NCBI RefSeq assembly: GCF_002571385.2
Contig: NW_019218050.1
Coordinates: 1-64,000 of the forward strand
Source of the DNA: Stylophora pistillata
Taxonomy: Eukaryota
Direction of reading: 5' to 3'
Length of the DNA stretch: 64,000 nucleotides
Shown here: piece by piece, positions 22,612 through 34,472 of the stretch
How the letters are laid out: every line of letters begins with the position of its first letter
Position numbering within the stretch: the stretch's first letter is position 1
Notes under the pieces: model-generated
What the model saw: only the letters and a program-made list of their open reading frames with translations
The model's database searches: none
What the model was told of the DNA's origin: nothing
Program-made: the position numbers and the translations under genes

Positions 22612-23479
22612 AAGCAAATGTCAGTAAAAATCATAGATTTTCCAAAAAGTCGCGGACACGGTCAAAACTCGATTTGGTTCATATTTTGCCTGTGGGTAGC
22701 CTTATCAAGTAGACAAACGGAAATAGGGTTAGATTTTTTAAATATGCACTTCAACGGGAATAATTTGTTTTAACATTTCCGGGGGTAAATAGCTCAAATT
22801 TCACCAACCGCGATCCTAAAATTATGCACTTTTCGGGCATTTGTCATGCGAACAAAAATGTAACGGAAGTACTTTTCTAGCTAGAGAAATATTGAGTTGG
22901 ACTTGTATTATCGAGACAAAGTGATAGTTTTTGTCTCATGTTATTCTTGGAGGAGTTACGTCCCTATTAAGAGAAGACATCTTCGGCCTTTTGAAATTAG
23001 GGCAAGGTTGGCCTAGAATAGCTTGGCAAAAAATATATGTGGTAGTGTCTCAAAGTTTACAATAACACTACCAAGAAGCCTTGCAAGATGGTTCTTTACG
23101 ATTTGGGTTTTATTTCTTTGGGACCTTTGACTATCAAAAGATGACCACCAGTCGAATTGCGGTTAAATTACTATGACACCATAATGAGATGCATAATAAT
23201 AAATAATAATAATAACGCTTTGGACACGAATGACTGTTTTAGTCTGTTATATCTTCACTGGCCGTTAAAATGACTAAAAACATATTAAAATGTCTAAAAC
23301 TGGACTTGATTTTTTTATACGGAGTCAGGAGAAACAATTTTCGACTTTTGCTACTTTTGGAATCACTCTATACTGCATATAATTACACACAACAGTTAAA
23401 TTGCATTTTACAGGTTAAATTTGCCACAAAGCCGTTAGTTTACGTCTACTTCTCATCCGGTGAACATGGATTCAGCATT

Positions 23480-23808
23480 TGCATCACTTCTGCGCCTTCT
23501 GCGTAGTACAAACCTCATATAATACCAAATTCCTTCATGGCTCATGTGCGTACACAATCTCACGTATTCGGAACCAGTTGCCAATGCATCTGACGCATTA
23601 TCCTTCCAGAGACTTTTAACGAAGTTGAATTTTATTTTTATAGATAGACGTTACTTCTAATTTAATTAGTGCTATTAACAGTTTTAGCTTTCTTTCATAT
23701 TATCAACACTTTTATCATAAGCCTCTGGCTCGGGGGGACTGGGAGACCACCCCCTGTGTATTTTTGACATTAAATAAATTATCCTATCCTATCCTATCCT
23801 ATCCTATC
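23480..23808 (+). mobile_element. 3' fragment of a second LINE with (ATCCT)n tail, nested in the Sola3 element
   Basis: Frame SYNTKFLHGSCAYTISRIRNQLP resembles the CR1/L2 C-terminal WN.LP region. AATAAA followed by tandem ATCCT. Confidence 0.55.
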
Positions 23809-24175
23809 TTGCACTCGTCAGTTTCGAATATGCTGAAAATCGTCCAACGCAAAGATAAGGAAGTTCACAAACAGTGGTGAGCTGGGGCGGATCCAGGGGT
23901 GGTTCGGGTGGTTCAGTGGAACCCCCCTACATTTTCCCTCAAAATGCTGAAAAGAATGTTTCCGAAGACCTAATTTTCAAAATCTCCTGGGAGAGCATGC
24001 CCTCGGACAATTTTCCGAACCCCCCTTGACTTAATCCTGGATCCGCCTCTGGTGAGCTCGAGTGACTGAAATCTGATATGTAGGACTCTACTGTCAAGTA
24101 ACGCCTTCTTATAAATTATACAAGCACTGCTTTTTAATCGGCGGACCAGTTAATCGTAAAACGTTCATTGCTCAG

Positions 24176-27100
24176 TTATTTGGAAGAACAGGTACACTCC
24201 TGGACTAATTGTGTGAGTCGTGCGATGAATGGCTTTTTCCTCTTCTGAGGTGAAATGTCAGAAATATCCGGCCCAAGGTCGATGCACATGTCTCTTAACC
24301 TAGCCACTCTTAAAGTTATGCGTGTACGTTTTTGTACAAGTTCGCAGATGTTAAGATCGAAAGATACTATCGGATACTAAATAGCCACATCACTCGTCAC
24401 ATTTGCACACACTGAAGATAGTTGACTCTCAGCTTCGGCGGAAATTTCGTCCTCGTCGACGCTCTCCATGTCCACATCTGAGACCTCACTAGCTTTTGCT
24501 TCATTACCGGCAGCTGTAACTTCTAATCGCTTCTTTGCTGAAAGACGGCTGAAGAAGCCACTAATCTGCTGCGGCGTAAGGACTTCATCGGGTTGAAATC
24601 GGCGTTCTCCCGCTTGGTCTCTTGCTAGGCTCATGGTTTTCGTAACTTCCTGTGGATCGCTTTTTCGTCCACCATACTCCCCTTTTTAAAATTGTTCAGT
24701 GAAGAATTCGGTCTGTTTCTTGGTAAAACGCACCTTTTTCTTAATTGTCTTCGAGGCCCAACCCATTGGAAGAGGCGGCAAGCCATCACTCTTTGATTGT
24801 GCAGCAACTTGAACGCTTGGTATTCGACTGTGTTCCTCCGTCAGCTTAGAAGAATAAACTCTTTTAGCGTTATCGTAGAGAGTTTCCCTTTCGAGCATCA
24901 TTTGGTGTTTTCCAGTGTCTAGGTGTGCCTGGAGGTTTGAAAAGCCAATGTATGCTTTTACGCATCCTTCTCAGTCTGGACAAGGGAAAAGCATGTCATC
25001 TGGCTTACATTCCCCATTACAGCTTCGATCTTGGTTTTCACTTTCAGTTGAGAAATCTGCTTCGATAGAGCTTTTCTTAATATGGCGGTGTCTCACGATC
25101 TTGAACGTCGGTGCCCCACTTGGATTCTGCGATGGCGAGTCTAAGATTTCCAATTTTTCGGGCTGCCTTATGACTCCTTCGAACTTGGCCCACGGCACTA
25201 CTCTACCGGAACCCACATTGAATGCTCTCCACACTCGTATGCCACGTTCATCGTACTCAAAATTGTTGAGTAAGCTTATGCCATCCCATTTGACATTAAA
25301 GGTGCTTGATGGTTTGGCAGCAACATAACTTGCTTTCACTCCTGTGGTTCCTTGGCCAGATTCAATGGCTGTTTTGAACTGTAGAGCGTTTATGACAGCA
25401 TTTCCTTCGTTTACGTACCTTCCAACGTCTCCCTTGATTGTTGCCGCTTTGCGATCACATACCCCCTTTCCACCTTGAGGGTCCGAAAAGTCGTTTCTTA
25501 CAACAGCCACTCCCACGGCATCACCGGCCAGCTTAGCTGAGATGATTGAATTTCCGCTGTGATAACAGCCAGCGTTATCTTGTTTGTAATATGCCAATTC
25601 CAGCTCTGGAATTTCCTTTTTCAGGTTAGTAAGGCAGTTAAGCATTATCGAAGCCACAGTCACACTTTCTTTGGCGCAGCTTTGAAATACGTGAACAAGT
25701 GTCTGAGATTCAAAGTGCTCAGAATCCTCCGACCGTCTTATGGCAACGCTAATGTGCCATGGCAATCCTCGCTTCGCAAACTAATCTGACTGTGCCTCTC
25801 GATATTTTCGGGGCATGTATATCATTGCCCAGTCCTGGACTAACAGCACTGATCGGCTGTTGAGTTTGGCTAGAACTGAATGCGTCGCCTCAACTTGGCG
25901 GACTGAACGTAGCTGAAGGGCTTTCCAGCTAATGATATCATCCCTTGCCTGCTTGATGGTATGCTGCAGGTCAGCTTGATCTTCCGCTGACGAGACCGCA
26001 CTTGAACACTCATCTTCTATGGCACGCAATACTTCCTGTAACTCATAACACTGTTCACATGACTCATTGTGGAGATGGTCGCAGGAGCCCCGAAATTCAG
26101 CGTTGTTTGGGTCACTTAGCGCATAAATTCGACAATGATCGGGAACCTTTGAGGCCTCCACTGCACGTATTTAAAATAAAAAGTAAAATGACAAGCGCGT
26201 GATTTAGTGTATATTTGCAAAGCAACGCATGTGCATATGATCGACATTTCAAAAAGATTACTTATCCAATTCTCAGCTCTGTATACATGTGTGTAAGCGT
26301 ATTACAGTGAATTGTAAACTGTTGTTTTCATAGGGAAGACTTGGAGAGAAAGAAAGAGGTAGCTGTGATCATAGTATTAAGTTTACTACATCATTTCTGC
26401 AAAGGCAACGCCTAATTATAAAATATGCACCCACCTTGTAGTCGCCCTTTAGGTACCACTTCGACAAACGAAGTTGCTGCTTACTTTCCCTCGCCCATTG
26501 CTGAGTCTTGCCACAGTCAACAAGCTTGTCTACGAGTTTTTCTAAGGCATCAAATGCTTCCTCTCCTGATGTTGAAAAGTTATCAAGTCCTTGCAGAGAC
26601 GGCGAACAGATGAAGAACACACGGCCAAAACTCTCTGTAGAGTTCTCTTACTCATATGCTCAAAGTTGGTTTCACAGCAGTATTGTTGATACTGCTGGAC
26701 AATACAATCTGGTATCATTGTTCTGATAACATTGGGTGTTTTTATGATTTCGCCAGTTGATAATTTCAGAAGTTTTTCCCCAAAAGGAACATCTTGAATA
26801 ACGTGTGTACTCGTTATGAAAGAAACAAAATGTTCTAATTTTATAGGTTCAATTCTCATTCTCCTTTTCTCCTGGTTTGGAAGAGGAGCAGCTCTTCCAT
26901 GTATCAGCCTGTGAAGTCGGGCAATGTTGTAGCGATAGCTAGTATCGGTTAGAATAAACTCCCTTATCTCCTTAAGGGATAACTTGTCTGACATCAAAGA
27001 GAGTATTTGCGGTCGGGTGCTCCAATGTTGCGCGTTCAAGTAGCCTTCAGCAAATGCATTAAGAAGCTCCGTCTCCTTTTCACCCCTGCCTTCGACCACA

Positions 27101-29871
27101 ACCTCACTCTAGCTGCATACAGCGTGACGATCACAAAGCTCCGTCTACAGTTCTTGCGAATTTTCAGGTGCTACGACATCCAGCATTGCAAAAGTACATT
27201 GTTGAGCTATCCGTAGGTATCTGCGTTTAGTACGCTCATGCGCTGTATTCCACGGCACTGATAATATGTGACGTACTGGACTGACGTCTCGAAGCTGTAA
27301 GAAGCGATTTAGCTGCACTTGGGACTCGTTGTCTAGACTAGAGCTTTCATCACTCTCTTCGGAATCTTTTTGGGGAACAAATAGGCTCTGCCGTCTGGAT
27401 GTGGAACCTTCTGGCAATGCTTCATCACCAAAAGTGACAGCACAAGTGGCAGGAATATCAGAGTCACTCCTTCGTTTATCAACCTGACAAAAAAGTGAAC
27501 ACATTGCTTTGGATAGCTTCAAAATGAGATCAATCGTATGCACGCGCGGGGAATTGTGTATGAAAGCGCAAGTCGCATGCAAGGCGGGAGTTAATGGTCG
27601 ATAATTATTTTTTACCTTATAATATAATTCACTGTACCCTGTGAGCAGAGGCCCTTCGATCTTCCTAGATTATTCGGTAAGAGGAAAGAGCCTCTGCCAG
27701 CCGCCGCAACTTTACCTGTTGAGCATGCGTTAAATTCAAATGTAACCGGGCCTTGCTCAGCCTTGTATTTTCCCGCGAGTTTCTTGCAAGGAAAACACGA
27801 CAAATACCGAAGGACGATTCGATTAAAAAAAGTGGATTGTAGAGTAGTTTTAATTCAGGTGATTCCATCATGGAATCGTCTGATATTTTTGGTTCTCCAA
27901 AAACGCCAGTGAAAAAGGTGACGTCCAAAGATCGTGCTGCAAGAAAAGATTTGGTGTGCTTGTTATGCGGCATAGCGCCAGTTGGGGAGCGATACACACT
28001 TAATGTGGAAAATCGCCATGATCTTCGCGTTAAGTTACAGAGCATCTTGGATAAAAGTGTTGACTTTACTGTTCAGTAGAGTCGTGTCTGAAGAACTTGT
28101 GGCCGCTAAACAGAATCGTTGGGAAAACGGTACAATGTGGTAAAATTCACGAGCTTAAACAATGAACTGTGGGCTCGTATTTAGTCAGCAATTTCTAACA
28201 ATACACATACTCACTGAGGCGAAACAGGGAAAACTGGTTTCCAACCGGACTGACTCATCCACTTCATTGGATGAGCGGCAAATCAGAGAAAGGTGCGGCG
28301 GCTGGCAGAGGATCCTACCTCTTCCCCACTAATCTAGGAAGACCGAAGGGCCTCTGCTCGCAGGGTAAATTCACTGAAAACCTATCCTGACATCTTTGTC
28401 CAGTTACTTCTCAGTATTATTTTCCATTTGGAGCATTTGGAAAAAAATGTTGAGGAAGCCATATAATGATTTTAAACCTTTACTATTTGGATATATCCTG
28501 GAGTGTGATTTGCTATCTGGGCAGGGCATGCCTATCCAATTCTTGTGTTATGTATGGTTTTGCCTAGTCGATGACGAGCGGTAATGGCGGCGTTTGAGCA
28601 TTCGCCTGCAAGTTAGTCTGGACACGCCGTTCTCCCGCCTGGGTTGAATCGTTAGGCAAGAAAAGGGCGAAGAAGGGAGAATCCAGAGGACACGTTAAGG
28701 TTTTCCACTTTTATTAGTTATATTGGATGGAAATTCTTCAGGAACTCTTTGAAGAAACTTACCAAGGTTACACCACTTAGACCTTCTGTGATATTTTCCA
28801 CACTTCCTGTGGCACCCAAGCTCTGCGATTGTAGCTGATCAATTTTTATTTTTGCTAGGGACTGTCGACATCGCACACAAATTCCTTTAATATTTTGAGG
28901 GAAAGAATTAATATATACTTTTTTTTACCTTACACATCCTCCTTAAACAAATAGCTCTGCATGTGGCAAAAGAACAAAACTAGCCCAGGCAAAAGCCCCA
29001 CAAACCCGGCCCAAATTGATGACACATGCTATAGTTAAACTTGCCACAAGTCAGTAATTTACGTTCCTTTCTTTTTATTCTCACATTGGTAGAAGGAATT
29101 AAAATATCTGTGAATATTTCAATTCGAGCGTTCCCCACGCCATTAATTAGTTTTGACAGGAGCCCATCACTGGTTTTGAATAAGTTTTGAGAGAAACGAA
29201 AATGTTGAATGAACGCCAATGTTTCCCGACGTAAAAATATTTGCAAAAATCCTGAAAAAGACGTGAAAATAATTTTGCTGTTAAACTTGACGTTGTTTTA
29301 CGCGACAGCAAAGTTATTTGAAGTTAAGATATGAAGTCTGTGATTCCCGCCAAGTACTCTGCTTGAAATGAGAAGCTATAAGGATGTTCATCCAGTTACG
29401 TACAATGAGAATAAACTAGTGGGACGTCAATTCTTACAAGATTATGACTCATTGTAATCGCTTACCTGATCCGACGGGTACGATGTTTTTCGTAGGTTCA
29501 AAAATTTGTATTGAGTGCTGCAAAGTAATTCCCCCTTCTGCTGCGGGTATTTCTTTAGATTCCTTTTTGTGACCGGAAACATCCTGTGGCACAGAACATA
29601 ATCTACTTCCTCTTCTCCATCCAATTCCAAGGCTTGATCGATGTAATGGGCAAACAGTCATTTCCGAAAAATTGACGGGCTTCGCGAAAATCCCGCTTCT
29701 TGCTTAGATAAGATCAATCTCTGTCTCAACACCTGAAAATTGTAAAAAACGCTTGTGGCTTCTGATATCCTTGCCGCATAATGACAGAGATACTGTTTGA
29801 GTGGACCGATGCCTTGCGCGATCCCCTGCGTCACAAATGCCACCCACAATATCAAGGAAAGAACAAGACAT
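24176..29871 (-). pseudogene. Sola3-type transposase pseudogene (four exons, Cys-rich N-terminus, DDD core, C2H2-like finger)
   Basis: Exons about 29871-29466, 28884-28763, 27483-26435 and 26170-24176. Motifs QDWAM..PRKYREAQSD*FAKRG.PWH, QDNAGCYH, FSDPQGGKGVCDR and FPCP..GC...HLDTGKH. Several in-frame stops, a frameshift near 26597 and a damaged acceptor near 26172. Confidence 0.82.
27635..28367 (+). mobile_element. 733-bp AcademH-like deletion derivative in a transposase intron
   Basis: TIR TACCCTG(T/C)GAGCAGAGGCCCTTCG..CTTCCTAGATTA, exact 9-bp TSD AATTCACTG (27626-27634, 28368-28376). Internal ORF remnant 27870-28079 has CLLC and a decayed downstream C..C. Confidence 0.8.
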
Positions 29872-29947
29872 TCTTTTTCTGCTGGGGTTAAAGCAACCGT
29901 TGTCTTTATTCCTTTCACCGACGATTATTTGTTTACTTTTGTTAACT

Positions 29948-31413
29948 GAGGGAGTGGAGAAAACCTGGCCTAGGTCATGGCCTATCCTGTGGCCTACCCT
30001 GTGGCCTACCCTGTGGCCTACCCTGTGGCCTACCCTGTGGCCTACCCTGTGGCCTACCCAGTGGCTTACCCTATGGCCTACCGGTGGTCAGATTTTTAAA
30101 AGGATAACATTGCTGGAAACCTTTCAACGCTTTCCTGAGTACTGTCTTACCAACGACTTTCATCTGCTGTTTTGGCGGCCACATTCCGATCAAAATTTGT
30201 TAACCTTCTGATAGAATAAGGAAATCGAGGAACAGAAGCCAGTTAAACGCAACTTTTGGGCAAACATCATCATATCACCTCTCCTTTCAAATTAATGCAA
30301 TACTTGCCCTTTCTTTGGAAAAGCAAGTAAAGTTTGTGAAATGTTTACAACGGCGATGCGTGCGTGTCGCGGGGTGCTCGTTCCTCTACAGCACTTGAGG
30401 GCACTTGACAAACTGGCCTGGCACGTAATGTTTGCGTTTTCTTACCTGGATATGTATGCTCTCCAATATAAAGCCGTTCATTACATTTTTATACCAGCAC
30501 TCCACTATATGTTACCAACTAGCCTGACAGCCTGCATCATAAAGCCGCCATTTTGTATATCCTCTGCGACCACGCAATATTGGCCCCTCCCCCTTAACCT
30601 ACCGTTATGGTTGAGTGCTGTGATATTTGCAGTGTTTCGTTCCCTCGGACGTTGAAAATCGTGTTAGCGACCTCTTAGTATACCATTCTCAGAGATAGAT
30701 AATTGTACACCAGCGTATTCGTTCGACTCTTACTGATTTTATTTTTATGTTCTTAAAAATCTGACCACCAGTAGGCCATAGGATAGGCCATAGGGTAGGC
30801 CACAGGGTAGGCCACAGGGTAGGCCACCTTTCNGCCCTTTCTTTGGAAAAGCAAGTAAAGTTTGTGAAATGTTTACAACGGCGATGCGTGCGTGTCGCGG
30901 GGTGCTCGTTCCTCTACAGCACTTGAGGGCACTTGACAAACTGGCCTGGCACGTAATGTTTGCGTTTTCTTACCTGGATATGTATGCTCTCCAATATAAC
31001 GCCGTTCATTACATTTTTACACCAGCACTCCACTATATGTTACCAACTAGCCTGACAGCCTGCATCATAATGCCGCCATTTTGTATATCCTCTGCGACCA
31101 CGCAATATTGGCCCCTCCTCTCCCCTTCCCTTAACCTACCGTTATGGTTGAGTGCTGTGATATTTGCATTGTTTCGATCCCTCGGACGTTGAAAATCGTG
31201 TTAGCGACCTCTTAGTATACCATTCTCAGAGATAGATAATTGTACACCAGCGTATTCGACTCTTACTGATTTTATTTTTATCTTCTTAAAAAACTGACCA
31301 CCGGTAGGCCATAGAGTAGGCCATAGGATAGGCCATAGGGTAGGCCACAGGGTAGGCCACAGGGTAGGCCACGGCCTAGGCCATGGCCTAGGCCAGGTTT
31401 TGTCCACATCCCC
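29948..31413. mobile_element. Foldback-type element with inverted subterminal 12-bp (TGGCCTACCCTG)n arrays
   Basis: Left GAGGGAGTGGAGAAAACCTGGCCTAGG, right (reverse complement) GGGGATGTGGACAAAACCTGGCCTAGG, each followed by 12-mer arrays. No TSD found. Superfamily uncertain. Confidence 0.7.
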
Positions 31414-31465
31414 TTGTCCGCGATTTTTTCATTTTTCTTTGATCTTAGGAGACATTCACTCTTAA

Positions 31466-32165
31466 TTGCTCAATGAACAGCTTCATTGGAAAGAGCATAC
31501 CAACTCTATTTCTGCTATTTGAAACAAAGTAAGTAAGTAAAGGGTTTGTTATTTCCACAGAGTGGCTCTTCATCTTCATCAACAAGCATTTGGGACTTTT
31601 AGCACAGATAAGATCTGGCTTTACTCTTAGGCAGCAAAGTGTGTCTACAATACCTTTATTGAGCCAATCCTGTGTTATACTGACACTGCATGGGGTGAAC
31701 TGTCAGCCATCTCCAGCAAAACCCTTCAACAGTAACAAAATCGTGCTGCCCACATTGTTTTAAGGTGTGAGTTCTCTAAAGACACTTTTAGTGTTTTAGG
31801 TGGACTGACTTAGGAATGAAACAGAAAAGACTCACATTTTTTTTAGTTTATAAATACTTAAATAAGCTAGTACTATGACACTCACAGAAAAACCAATTTC
31901 CAGCTACCCAAACTGAAGCTAAGCCTTAGGAAACAAACTTTTAAATTTTTGGACTCAGCAGAGTCACTTTTTTCCATTAAATTTTTGATGAATACTCATG
32001 AATTTTAACATGTATTATTAAATTATTACATTCTGTACTTTTAAATTACTAATTAATATAATTTTAAATTATTATACTTTTTAGTCCAGGGCTCTTCTGG
32101 ATACCAGTCCTATTGCTGATTGGGCCACCCTGGAAAAATAAAGTTTGCCTCACCATACCTAACCT
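31466..32165 (+). pseudogene. CR1/L2-clade LINE, 3' part of the element starting at about 22175
   Basis: LLNEQLHWKEH and AAKCVYNTFIEPILCYTDTAWGEL...LQQ*QNRAAHIVL, followed by an L2-like 3' end (ccagggc...ccctggaaaaataaag). Confidence 0.8.
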
Positions 32166-32516
32166 TAGCTAAATGAGGGACAAGGGTGGAAGTTATTACA
32201 CCACTACTCCCCTTTTTTTAAGAGTAGATGAAATACTTAGGTCACCTGGCATTTCTTAAACACCAAAGAGATGTCTGTACAGAATCTCTCAAGAGGAAAA
32301 CCCTCTTTCATAACCTGTATTATATGTTTCTCCTTAGCAAATGGATAATAGCTATTTCATACAGTCAATTTCACAGCAAATATTGCTTTTATGTAAGTAC
32401 ATGTATGGTCTTACAATGTTTTAGGTCATTGATCAATTTTAAAAATCATTGTTAAGATGAGTCTTGTTTCTCTTCTTTCCCTCAATCAATGATTTCAATT
32501 AATCACAACCAATGAA

Positions 32517-34223
32517 TTAATCTTTAGCCAATGAATAAATCACATCTTTTGGCAATTTTAATAGTGATGCTTGAAGAAAAGAGCATTGCCTTGGGGTATC
32601 CATAAAAGCTTTTGTATACCATTTTCTACTTGTGATGTCAAGAGACATTACTTCACTTTTATAAATTCTTTCATCCTCTCCTCCAAACAAGTGAACCTCA
32701 TCACCTATACTCACAGAACTACAAGCAGCACGAGGAAAATTACAGGTAGGAACCAAGCTCCATTGATTTGTACATGAATCATAAACTTCATAGGAGAGTT
32801 GTATTGTTTGAGTTGTCATGTCACCAAATCCTCCCACAACTATGATTTTCTCAACAACTGTTGAAGCAGCTGCAGACCTTCGAACTTTAGATAACTTTGG
32901 AGCCCTAACCCATTTATCAATTGAAGGATTGTAGCACTCTACACTGTTTTTACAAGCTCTGCCATCATGGCCAGCAATGACATAAATTTTCTGTTGAAGT
33001 ACAACTGCACTATGACCTGCCCGTGCAGTTTCCATTGATGTCACTTGCCTCCATTCATTCACAAGTGGATAATAAATGTGAACATCATGCCAAGAACCCT
33101 CTCCACCAATCACATAAAGCTCCTGATTAAAAGAAGTGACTGAGCAGCCCTTTTTATCCATTGTAACATTAAGGGTGCTCCATTTATTTTGTTTTGGGTT
33201 AAAATAACAGACTGGAGCTGATTTGTCTCCACCCATTACATATAACAGTCCACCACAAACTGCAGCACCATGATGGGAACGTGGAAAAGGCATGCTAGGT
33301 AAGGATAACCATTTGGAATCAGAAAGTACAAAACACTGAGTTTTATCATTGGAGCCTTCACCATCTTCTCCACCAGTAAGAATCACAACCTGTTCATATT
33401 TGCTCAACGGGAGGCGGGGTTTTTTAAATGCCTCTTGGAAATGTCCTGGGAACAGAGACAAATCTAAAGCAGTTATTACTTCTTTCATGCATATCGGGTC
33501 CTTACTGATTAATTCGTCATCCAAAATTTTTCGTAGTCCGTACTTTGGTATTGAGAAGAGTCTTACACGTTTCAGTAGCTCTGGAAGCAGATATTCTCTG
33601 GATGGCAGATCATATTTGACCCAGGACATCAGTGCTTCATATACTTCCTCTTCCTCTGCCACGTTTATCTCGTCCATGCAAATCAGTTCTTTTACTTTCT
33701 CTACATCAAGCAATCTGAAATCTTCGGATCTTGTGACATCTACAAAATTCTCCATCTTATAGGCAACCGCAGCTTTTTTCAGCGCTTCACAGTTATACCG
33801 AGATGCAAACGATTCTAAAGCGAGGCAACAAGAACCATTCCATGTTCCTTCAAGGAAAAGGGTAGCTCTTGCTTTCAAACTTGGAATGATCAAATAGTCT
33901 GTGGCCATCACCAAATCTTTTGCGTTAGAAGAGTCGATTCTTGTTCCACCAGTATAAACATACCGAAGAACATCAATAAGGGTTGCAGATTTGATCTCTT
34001 GTAACTCTACATGGTTACTTTCTTTTTCTTTCAATTCACTTGTAAACATGGCCCGAAAGTAAGGGCTTGCAGCTGATAGAACACACTTGTGGGCTGGGAA
34101 ATCCTCTCCTTGGGCACGTATTATCGCATCACAGAGAATGTTTGTTTCTCTGAGCTCATTGAGTTTGTGAAGCAACTCATCTTTAAAATTCTCGACGGTT
34201 CTGTCCTTCGCCTCTTCCGCCAT
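32517..34223 (-). CDS. Kelch-like protein (BTB-BACK-Kelch), paralog 2, intronless
   Basis: Same domain motifs as paralog 1. Start taken at MAEEAKD (ATAATGGCGG context); the ORF is open upstream to 34313. Confidence 0.9.
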   Translation of the reverse strand: MAEEAKDRTVENFKDELLHKLNELRETNILCDAIIRAQGEDFPAHKCVLSAASPYFRAMFTSELKEKESNHVELQEIKSATLIDVLRYVYTGGTRIDSSNAKDLVMATDYLIIPSLKARATLFLEGTWNGSCCLALESFASRYNCEALKKAAVAYKMENFVDVTRSEDFRLLDVEKVKELICMDEINVAEEEEVYEALMSWVKYDLPSREYLLPELLKRVRLFSIPKYGLRKILDDELISKDPICMKEVITALDLSLFPGHFQEAFKKPRLPLSKYEQVVILTGGEDGEGSNDKTQCFVLSDSKWLSLPSMPFPRSHHGAAVCGGLLYVMGGDKSAPVCYFNPKQNKWSTLNVTMDKKGCSVTSFNQELYVIGGEGSWHDVHIYYPLVNEWRQVTSMETARAGHSAVVLQQKIYVIAGHDGRACKNSVECYNPSIDKWVRAPKLSKVRRSAAASTVVEKIIVVGGFGDMTTQTIQLSYEVYDSCTNQWSLVPTCNFPRAACSSVSIGDEVHLFGGEDERIYKSEVMSLDITSRKWYTKAFMDTPRQCSFLQASLLKLPKDVIYSLAKD

Positions 34224-34328
34224 TATGGTCGCCACTTCCTCAAAGAAGCCTAGGTAAGCAGTAGATATGTCATGTACGGGGAAACAATTTATAACGTATA
34301 GCATGTCACGCAATCAAGGTAAGTTACC

Positions 34329-34472
34329 GGGTCATCCTCGGTGTAAAAACCTGACGAGGTTTTCTTTGTTTCATGATGTAATGTTTTGCTGTACGCTATT
34401 GTTTATAATGTTTTGTTGTGTTTGTTTTACGTCACTCGTGAGCTTAACAGGTTTTTACACCGAGGATGAGCC
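34329..34472. mobile_element. 144-bp MITE, Merlin-like
   Basis: 25-bp TIR GG(G/C)TCATCCTCGGTGTAAAAACCTG with exact 8-bp TSD AAGTTACC (34321-34328, 34473-34480). GG termini plus 8-bp TSD fit Merlin (recalled). Confidence 0.75.

Larger units (their letters stand above)
22612..31461 (-). mobile_element. Sola3-type DNA transposon, 8.85 kb, decayed
   Basis: TTAA at 22608-22611 and 31462-31465. The terminal 47 bp align ungapped as inverted repeats (31/47 identical, right end CTC). LINE coding sequence rejoins across the TTAA. Contains a transposase pseudogene. Confidence 0.8.

Noticed and set aside
29801-30211. (WPTL)n repeat protein, also 31201-31407, and a CRISPR-like reading of the array
   Set aside because: Translation of a 12-bp subterminal tandem array. 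No spacers and no cas genes, in eukaryotic DNA.
30306-31371. Tandem duplication of about 520 bp giving twin ORFs 30341-30655 and 30869-31192
   Set aside because: Copies abut exactly at a single n (30833) and differ by scattered SNPs and small indels. Most likely two haplotypes joined by scaffolding. The ORFs have no recognisable domain.
33349-33762. Antisense ORFs over Kelch, PRRT-like, GPCR, transposase and CEP76 coding regions
   Set aside because: Shadow frames of real coding sequence on the opposite strand.
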